Virus record (IMG/VR): IMGVR_UViG_3300030376_003169 | Coordinates: 1 to 39,946 of that record | Origin: a virus | Lineage: Duplodnaviria > Caudoviricetes | Length of the DNA stretch: 39,946 bases | Strand: one strand, 5' to 3' | Made by a program: the position numbers and the translations under genes | Shown: positions 34,359 through 39,946 of the stretch, one piece after another | Numbering within the stretch: the stretch's first letter is position 1 | How the letters are laid out: each line of letters opens with the position of its first letter | Notes under the pieces: model-generated | What the model was told of the DNA's origin: nothing | The model's database searches: none | The model's input: only the letters and a program-made list of their open reading frames with translations

Positions 34359-35170
34359 TATTTAGCTCCTTTACTTAGTTTAAAAATTTTTCTTGGTTCA
34401 AATCTTTTTGCATTAGCCCATCTACCCTTCTTACCATATATATTTAAACCCAAGTGAAGTATTCTTTTCCAATCTTCACTAAGCTCCCAACTAACCTCAG
34501 ACATTTTGTAAGTAGGTTTTCTCCTGTATCCACTTTTAATGTATAGTGTGTATAATTTTTTAATCTTGTTCTTGGGAAACATATAATTGTGTAGCATACC
34601 ATAGGCTACCAACTGATATTCGTGACTACCTACCTCTGTACCTGTTTTTATATCTAATATACTTGGCTCTCCATTGATCCTTCCAATAAAGTCTACAGTC
34701 CCAGCATAAGGCACTTTACTGTCAAATAGTTGTAGCTCAGTATCCCACGTCAATACCTTGTTGTCACTATACCATTGACAAAAGCTCTCAAGATACAGCC
34801 GAATTGTGCGTTCAACGGCGTAGTAACCACCACCTTCTTTAATATCTGACTCATTGAGGAATCGTTGAATACCTTCAGATATACCATCAGAGTTAACTTC
34901 TTTACCATTGAGTAAATCTTCGCACATTATATGTACGGCTGTACCAAGATGAGCTTTATAATCCCTTATCCAATCACTAAATCGACCATTGTTTTTCAAC
35001 CAAAAGTCAAAATTTGCACCCTTATTGAGTACCAGACCGAGGATTGTGGTCACGCTAAGTGCAAGGAATGGATAGTCACTGTCGTCATTTGGGTCTTTAT
35101 AGGCTCGACCCAACGGGGTATTTAGACGAACTGTGTTTGGGAAATAATTAGTTATATACTTAGGAGGCAA
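34358..35170 (-). CDS. PD-(D/E)XK (Cas4/RecB-like) exonuclease
   Basis: SVTTIL, GTAVH, YAGTVD, LDIKTG, QLVAY. Confidence 0.88.
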   Translation of the reverse strand: MPPKYITNYFPNTVRLNTPLGRAYKDPNDDSDYPFLALSVTTILGLVLNKGANFDFWLKNNGRFSDWIRDYKAHLGTAVHIMCEDLLNGKEVNSDGISEGIQRFLNESDIKEGGGYYAVERTIRLYLESFCQWYSDNKVLTWDTELQLFDSKVPYAGTVDFIGRINGEPSILDIKTGTEVGSHEYQLVAYGMLHNYMFPKNKIKKLYTLYIKSGYRRKPTYKMSEVSWELSEDWKRILHLGLNIYGKKGRWANAKRFEPRKIFKLSKGAK

Positions 35171-35360
35171 TTTTCAATCCATCTATAAAATGAGTTAGGT
35201 CATCTTGATGGATTCTATAGCCACCATTATTAGGCAGTCTATGGGCAATTAATTGTTTTAATGCTATGTAAGAACGAATTGTTTTAGGTGTAGTTTGTAG
35301 TATTTTAGCTACTTCATTGACCTTATAAAATATTACTTGTGTATTATTTGATTTCCGCAT
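35160..35360 (-). CDS. Excisionase-like (MerR-type) HTH protein
   Basis: YKVNEVAKILQTTPKTIRSYI...L.A...GGYRI...L; divergent from the integrase. Confidence 0.85.
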   Translation of the reverse strand: MRKSNNTQVIFYKVNEVAKILQTTPKTIRSYIALKQLIAHRLPNNGGYRIHQDDLTHFIDGLKIAS

Positions 35361-35401
35361 TACATTATATCCGTTGAATACCTTTATGATATGTTAATAT
35401 G

Positions 35402-35436
35402 AAACTAACACTATTACAAAAATATCACAAGTGTTA
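35402..35436 (-). promoter_or_regulatory. Candidate leftward promoter and operator for the xis/replication operon
   Basis: Minus strand TTGTGA-17 bp-TAGTTT; TCACAAGTGT at 35425-35434; TAACACT/AGTGTTA inverted repeat. Confidence 0.5.
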
Positions 35437-35458
35437 TTTTTAAAATTGGAGAGATTTA

Positions 35459-36460
35459 ATGACATTGTTTAAAAAGAAAGGTCGACTAAACTGGTATTAT
35501 GAGAAACGGGGCTACATAAAGCAAACATCCTTATATACTTCAGACAAAAGAAAAGCGACGATGATTGCGCACGAATTTGATGAAATGGTGTTGCGAATGA
35601 AAAACGGACTAATGACCCCTGAAGAATTTAATCTACGCAAAACAAAAAAGATTAAAATAGATGAGGTTTATAAGAAGTTTTACGATCTAAATATTAAAAA
35701 ATATGCAGACAACAAAAGAAAAACTCGGTACACCACATCTAAGCTAAAGCCTTTTGTAGAAAAATATAAGAACAAGACCTTAATAGAGTTTAATTATGAG
35801 ATGGCTTGTGAGTACAGAGAATATCTCTTAAGCAAGAATGGAAAAAGATATACTACAAAAACTGCAAACAATCATTTAAGTGTAATCAAGATGATGTTTG
35901 AGTGGGCTGTAAATTCAAAGTATATCGCTAACAATCCATTTAAAGTAAATGGATTCCTCCCTTCCACTAAGCCTAAAAATCCAAGAAAACCAATTCCTGT
36001 AGAACATATTGTTGACGCTATTGCTGTGACTAAAAACGAATCTGATAAAATATATTGGACAGTATTATTACACACAGGATTAAGAAGGCACGATGCTGGT
36101 ACACTTACACCAGATGATGTTGAGCGTGGTATCTTTCAAAAGAAATCAGGAGAATACAGAGCAATATTTGTCACAGATGAATTGAAGCGATTGGGTGATA
36201 AAATATATAATGCTATGCCTACAAAAAGAAAGCAACAAGATAGTTTAGAGCGTTTTCAAGCTATTATAATGGAAAGACACGGCTATAAAACAGATTTTCA
36301 TAGTATCAGGCACACTGTATTCACGATGCTTGTGAACAATGGATTCGATGAAAACCAAGTTGGCAAGATATTAGGTACGGAAAGCTCAGTCGGTACATAC
36401 GCAAAAACTGACATTAATAGAGCAACCCAAACCATAAACAAATTGATCGCTGAGTCATAG
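35459..36460 (+). CDS. int: Tyrosine integrase
   Basis: SAM-like core-binding region, HTGLRR, K, FHSIRHT, LG...Y; GGAG SD. Confidence 0.92.
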   Translation: MTLFKKKGRLNWYYEKRGYIKQTSLYTSDKRKATMIAHEFDEMVLRMKNGLMTPEEFNLRKTKKIKIDEVYKKFYDLNIKKYADNKRKTRYTTSKLKPFVEKYKNKTLIEFNYEMACEYREYLLSKNGKRYTTKTANNHLSVIKMMFEWAVNSKYIANNPFKVNGFLPSTKPKNPRKPIPVEHIVDAIAVTKNESDKIYWTVLLHTGLRRHDAGTLTPDDVERGIFQKKSGEYRAIFVTDELKRLGDKIYNAMPTKRKQQDSLERFQAIIMERHGYKTDFHSIRHTVFTMLVNNGFDENQVGKILGTESSVGTYAKTDINRATQTINKLIAES

Positions 36461-36610
36461 GTGCGAGGGTAAAGGTGCGAGGGTTTTAGTCAGTACTATG
36501 TCAGTAAATAGTCAGTTGACAAAACTCGATACTTTTCTCCGATTTACTGACCGTATTTTAAGTCAGTTTTTCTGGATAGTGAAACAGTTAATATTTTACT
36601 ATTGGCTGAC
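36459..36610. other. attP-like region
   Basis: AGGTGCGAGGGT twice; GTCAGT three times at 11-bp period plus further direct and inverted copies; imperfect inverted repeat ATAGTGAAA...TTTTACTAT at 36576-36602. Confidence 0.65.
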
Positions 36611-36633
36611 GTTCTGCACTTGTGGAAACACAA

Positions 36634-36657
36634 AGCCCCCTGATTTCTCAGAGGGCT
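36634..36657 (-). terminator. Hairpin between convergent int and lysis genes
   Basis: AGCCC-c-CTGA-tttc-TCAG-a-GGGCT; TTTGTGTTT follows on the minus strand. Confidence 0.6.
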
Positions 36658-36716
36658 CAAAAACAGAAAATAGTTCACAAGAGTGAATGTATTTCCTTAT
36701 CCTTAGATCAAAATTA

Positions 36717-37115
36717 CTAAATTAATTCAAAATGAACAAGGTCTTTAAAGGTTTCTGTACCTTTTGTTTTACCTTTAATCCCAAAGAGCTTATCATTATC
36801 CCAATCATTTCCCCACCTGAGCTTAACTCCCATCATATGAGCGTAAGCAAACATCATACCTGCTAAGTAATTAAACCTAGCTAAGTTCTCCCAGTCTACT
36901 GGATATGGTGCGATATCGATAGCACGACCTTCAAGATGTTTTGACTTTAGTGTCTTTGACTTACCTTCCTTCACATATTTCTTTTGTGTTTCGAGGTCTC
37001 TTTTACCTTCTATAACCGTGATATCAAAATCTTTTACTACAGCGTGGCACAGCGTTACTAATCTTGGGTCAACGCCTTCCAATCTGGATAATGATCGTTT
37101 ACCAAGTTTAGCCAT
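36717..37115 (-). CDS. Endolysin, M15-family L-Ala-D-Glu peptidase
   Basis: EGKR...Q, SKHLEGRAID, RWG..W, D..HFEL. Confidence 0.92.
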   Translation of the reverse strand: MAKLGKRSLSRLEGVDPRLVTLCHAVVKDFDITVIEGKRDLETQKKYVKEGKSKTLKSKHLEGRAIDIAPYPVDWENLARFNYLAGMMFAYAHMMGVKLRWGNDWDNDKLFGIKGKTKGTETFKDLVHFELI

Positions 37116-37270
37116 TAAAAATTAGATTCTATAAATGGCTTTACTTCGTCATGCCATATTTTGTCGTCGTCCTTAGAGCGAGATGTTTTAACTGCCCAGT
37201 CACCTACCATTATTAATAAGCCTTTCATGCCGTGCTTACGAACTAATCTCTGAATTAATCTTTTAAACAT
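37115..37270 (-). CDS. Small lysis-region protein (51 aa)
   Basis: Manual translation MFKRLIQRLVRKHGMKGLLIMVGDWAVKTSRSKDDDKIWHDEVKPFIESNF; TAATG coupled to the endolysin. Confidence 0.7.
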   Translation of the reverse strand: MFKRLIQRLVRKHGMKGLLIMVGDWAVKTSRSKDDDKIWHDEVKPFIESNF

Positions 37271-37439
37271 TCTTTGCCTTTCCAAAGTTTGCACCCATAA
37301 AATTCACAAACTTAACCATCTTTTCAACAATCATGTTGTCAGCTTTATTAGGTGTCATAGTTGCAATTATACTGAACCCACCAACAATACTTGTTATTGC
37401 TGATATAATCATTGTCCAATTTTCCATAATAAAATCCAT
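37263..37439 (-). CDS. Holin-like membrane protein (58 aa)
   Basis: Manual translation MDFIMENWTMIISAITSIVGGFSIIATMTPNKADNMIVEKMVKFVNFMGANFGKAKNV. Confidence 0.7.
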   Translation of the reverse strand: MDFIMENWTMIISAITSIVGGFSIIATMTPNKADNMIVEKMVKFVNFMGANFGKAKNV

Positions 37440-37442
37440 TAG

Positions 37443-37760
37443 TTATCCTTTTCCATTAAGTCTTGAGATTACTCCCTTAATAAATTGTATCTCATCTCCT
37501 AGATCATTCATCTCTGAGACGATTGAGTCTCTGTGACTGCTAGATTTATCTTCCTGTCTTCCTATTCTATCAATTAATTTTATTATAATAGATTCGACAT
37601 TATTAGCAGTTTTTTCTATTTTCCCCAAATGTACTCTTATTTCGTCTAAGTCTTCATTTTGAGATTTTTGTGAAGACATTAGGTTTAAAATCATGTACCC
37701 AAACAGTACAGCCACTAAACCTGCCATACCTAGTTGAAGGTATGCTTCAATTAAATCCAT
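37443..37760 (-). CDS. Holin-like protein (N-terminal TM plus coiled coil)
   Basis: LGMAGLVAVLFGYMIL hydrophobic helix; lysis cluster. Confidence 0.65.
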   Translation of the reverse strand: MDLIEAYLQLGMAGLVAVLFGYMILNLMSSQKSQNEDLDEIRVHLGKIEKTANNVESIIIKLIDRIGRQEDKSSSHRDSIVSEMNDLGDEIQFIKGVISRLNGKG

Positions 37761-37871
37761 TTATTTTTTCTTTTTTTTGTATTTTTTTAACATGTCAGAC
37801 ATTTCTTTACGCATTTTTCTTTTATTGGAATAGCTTTTTAAAGAATAGCCTGTATTCTTTTTATAATTCAT
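37761..37871 (-). CDS. Tiny Lys-rich protein (36 aa)
   Basis: Manual translation MNYKKNTGYSLKSYSNKRKMRKEMSDMLKKYKKKKK; stop abuts the next ATG. Confidence 0.45.
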   Translation of the reverse strand: MNYKKNTGYSLKSYSNKRKMRKEMSDMLKKYKKKKK

Positions 37872-37902
37872 GTTTTAAATTGTGATAAGATTGACGTTTA
37901 AA

Positions 37903-38142
37903 CTATGGAAAGAGTCTTCGTGCAACCTCTGAAACTGCAAGGATTGAGCTAAGAAAAACCCCGAAAGCCTTAGCCCATACCTTTGCAGTATTTACTTCTT
38001 CCCTTAACTCTCCTACCTCTGCTTCTAGTATTTCTATCATATGAAAGTCTGTACGGAGCAAATGTACTTCAGTCCATATTTTTGAACGATATTCAACTAG
38101 GTCGCTAGGTACTGGAGGAATATCAAGAGAAGAGCGTGACAT
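37903..38142 (-). CDS. Coiled-coil protein with C-terminal TM segment
   Basis: Heptads then AFGVFLSSILAV. Confidence 0.6.
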   Translation of the reverse strand: MSRSSLDIPPVPSDLVEYRSKIWTEVHLLRTDFHMIEILEAEVGELREEVNTAKVWAKAFGVFLSSILAVSEVARRLFP

Positions 38143-38288
38143 TATTTCTTCTTATCGTCTTTTTTAGGTTCTTTTTCATCGGCTATCTGCTGTTCAAGTA
38201 ATGCAATAGCTCCAGTAATTTGATGAAAATTAACTTCTGCTTGACGTTGTTGCTCTTTTAATTGAGACATTCTTTCTTCAAGTGTCAT
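38142..38288 (-). CDS. Small coiled-coil protein (48 aa)
   Basis: Manual translation MTLEERMSQLKEQQRQAEVNFHQITGAIALLEQQIADEKEPKKDDKKK; AAGGA SD. Confidence 0.7.
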   Translation of the reverse strand: MTLEERMSQLKEQQRQAEVNFHQITGAIALLEQQIADEKEPKKDDKKK

Positions 38289-38313
38289 TTTAGGGTTTCC
38301 TTTTAGTTACAGC

Positions 38314-38598
38314 CTATTCCTTGTCAGGCTTAGGCTTGGGTTTTGGTTTTTTATTAATAACTATTTCTTTTCTATATACAGGCTTAATAAACTGGTCTGT
38401 CTGCCAGTACCTGTAATCATTAGTGTTCCAACCAATAGCTAATGAATTAGGATAGTATCTGTATCCTTGAAAATCTGATCTATATACTTTAACTACTTGT
38501 GTGCTATCAGTATATGTAATTATTTGTGCAGGAACAGGTTCTCCTACGTCTCCACTAATAATGTATCCAAAGAAAAGACCTACAATAAATTCAATCAT
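38314..38598 (-). CDS. Membrane-anchored hypothetical protein
   Basis: Hydrophobic N-terminus, KP-repeat tail. Confidence 0.6.
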   Translation of the reverse strand: MIEFIVGLFFGYIISGDVGEPVPAQIITYTDSTQVVKVYRSDFQGYRYYPNSLAIGWNTNDYRYWQTDQFIKPVYRKEIVINKKPKPKPKPDKE

Positions 38599-38855
38599 TA
38601 ATTACTACCATTGTTAATTCTTTGAGCATCTATATAAAATTTATTGTAAATACCTAAACTATCTGCTTCCCACACAACTTTACGCATCAAACTATCTAAC
38701 TCAAACATTTCTTGTGATAGTTCTTCTCGTGTCTTACCTATGTAATAGTCTTGACAACTAAAGATGCTTACCATAAATGCTAAGACAAATCCAAGTATTA
38801 CAAATCCGTGAAGAATTTTTGAGAAATCTGCAAATTCGTTTAATTTACGCTTCAA
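38598..38855 (-). CDS. Putative lipoprotein (spanin-like)
   Basis: Basic N-terminus, hydrophobic stretch, IFSC lipobox-like motif. Confidence 0.55.
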   Translation of the reverse strand: MKRKLNEFADFSKILHGFVILGFVLAFMVSIFSCQDYYIGKTREELSQEMFELDSLMRKVVWEADSLGIYNKFYIDAQRINNGSN

Positions 38856-39946
38856 GTGCTTCTATCCTTGCTCTTAGTTCATTGTTTTGTGATGATAGTT
38901 CCTGAACTGCTTTAGTTAAATGTGCAACTATACCACTTGTATTAATAGATTTACCAAAGTTATTAAAACCTTTATCTTCATCTTCAATTACATCACCAAC
39001 TCTACCACTTGGATAATCTGTATTAAAATCTTCACCCTCAACATCATTTGGTAATAATTTTTCTACCTCTTGTGCGATAAATCCTGAATTACTACCTTTC
39101 TTTTTATTCTTCCAATCAAATGTTACTGGATTGAGTTTATTTATAATAGAAAGACCACTATCTATTGTTTTAATATTTTCTTTTAAACCAATATCTGAAG
39201 TATCATTAAAATCACCAGAAATAACCTGTGAAGTGCTTACACTATATACACCTGCACTATCATCATTATCATATAAAACATAAACTCCATTAGCTACATA
39301 GATTTCATAGTCAGCAGTTCCTCCAGATGAATTTGTTTCTTGATATCTTAAAAATGGTACACCAGTTGTATCTATGTGTATCCCTTTAGTAGCTCCTGTG
39401 CCAGAAGAATCTCCATTTTCAATACCAAGGACTCCACTCGTTTTAAGCGTAACTTGTTGTGTACCATTAGCATAAAACCTTAAATCACCACCACTACCAC
39501 TTGATGCTACACCTGTTTGCCCAGTGCCAAGAGCAGTACCTTGAAATTCTATACCTTGTTGTGAAACTATTACCCCACTAGATTTTATACGTAGTCTTTC
39601 ACCATTAGCACTTCCATTATTTGTGCTGAATCTTATATCACCTTGATTTGAGCCTAAACTATTAGATTGTATTCTTGCTAATTCAACTGTATGGTCAAGG
39701 AACATTATTAGTCCATTTATACCACTAGAATTAAATGAATGACCTTGCATCTCTAAAATAGAATAATTGTTAGCACCTGCGTTATCAGTTGAGCTTATTG
39801 TAAGAACACCTCTTTCAGAACTCCATCCACCAACACTAGGACTAGTTGTATGAACCCCTACGTTGCCACCATTAAAATAAGAATCTCCTGCTGTGTGTAA
39901 TGCAATCGTATTAGTACCAGAATGGTTTTTCATACGAATATAGCCT
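38845..39946 (-). CDS. Tail fibre, C-terminal part with peptidase S74-like chaperone
   Basis: Frame open to the window edge; SDIGLKENI...LNPVTFDWK...GFIAQEVE...KAVQEL. Confidence 0.88.
   Translation of the reverse strand, partial: GYIRMKNHSGTNTIALHTAGDSYFNGGNVGVHTTSPSVGGWSSERGVLTISSTDNAGANNYSILEMQGHSFNSSGINGLIMFLDHTVELARIQSNSLGSNQGDIRFSTNNGSANGERLRIKSSGVIVSQQGIEFQGTALGTGQTGVASSGSGGDLRFYANGTQQVTLKTSGVLGIENGDSSGTGATKGIHIDTTGVPFLRYQETNSSGGTADYEIYVANGVYVLYDNDDSAGVYSVSTSQVISGDFNDTSDIGLKENIKTIDSGLSIINKLNPVTFDWKNKKKGSNSGFIAQEVEKLLPNDVEGEDFNTDYPSGRVGDVIEDEDKGFNNFGKSINTSGIVAHLTKAVQELSSQNNELRARIEALEA

Noticed and set aside
26967-36487. GCGAGGGTTTT shared by the intergenic hairpin and the post-integrase repeat
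   Set aside because: A single 11-bp match with no further context; cannot be separated from chance.
36459-36570. Mini-CRISPR array
   Set aside because: Repeats are 6-12 bp with no spacer-length intervals; the Cas4-like nuclease sits in an ordinary recombination context.
36498-36686. 62-aa ORF after the integrase
   Set aside because: Overlaps att-like repeats and a terminator; no SD or protein-like features.
965-38598. Pervasive TAATG stop/start overlaps as evidence of recoding or an alternative genetic code
   Set aside because: Ordinary translational coupling; core genes are full length in the standard code.

Overview
The window looks like an essentially complete, circularly permuted, AT-rich tailed phage genome of about 40 kb. 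An ORF leaving position 1 on the minus strand continues in frame at position 39946. Minus-strand late arm: terminase, portal, scaffold, major capsid, two head-tail ring paralogs, a nozzle-like protein, tail accessory genes, three ejection-protein candidates, several fibres and a lysis cluster. No tape-measure or sheath gene was recognised, so podovirus-like morphology is inferred. Other modules: a plus-strand early cluster of small acidic ORFs behind a sigma70-like promoter, a minus-strand replication/recombination operon, and a tyrosine integrase followed by an attP-like site. Most unusual: (1) an apparently split tail nozzle whose C-terminal domain is encoded twice, once bare and once fused to an Ig domain plus a 23-aa repeat stalk; (2) a tRNA-like minihelix inside the early operon; (3) a repeated junction motif giving early genes a cassette-like layout; (4) a DNA repeat shared by three fibre genes at their domain joints; (5) an operator-like motif shared by two promoters with no recognisable CI repressor. 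All product calls come from motif recognition and gene order by eye; no searches were run.
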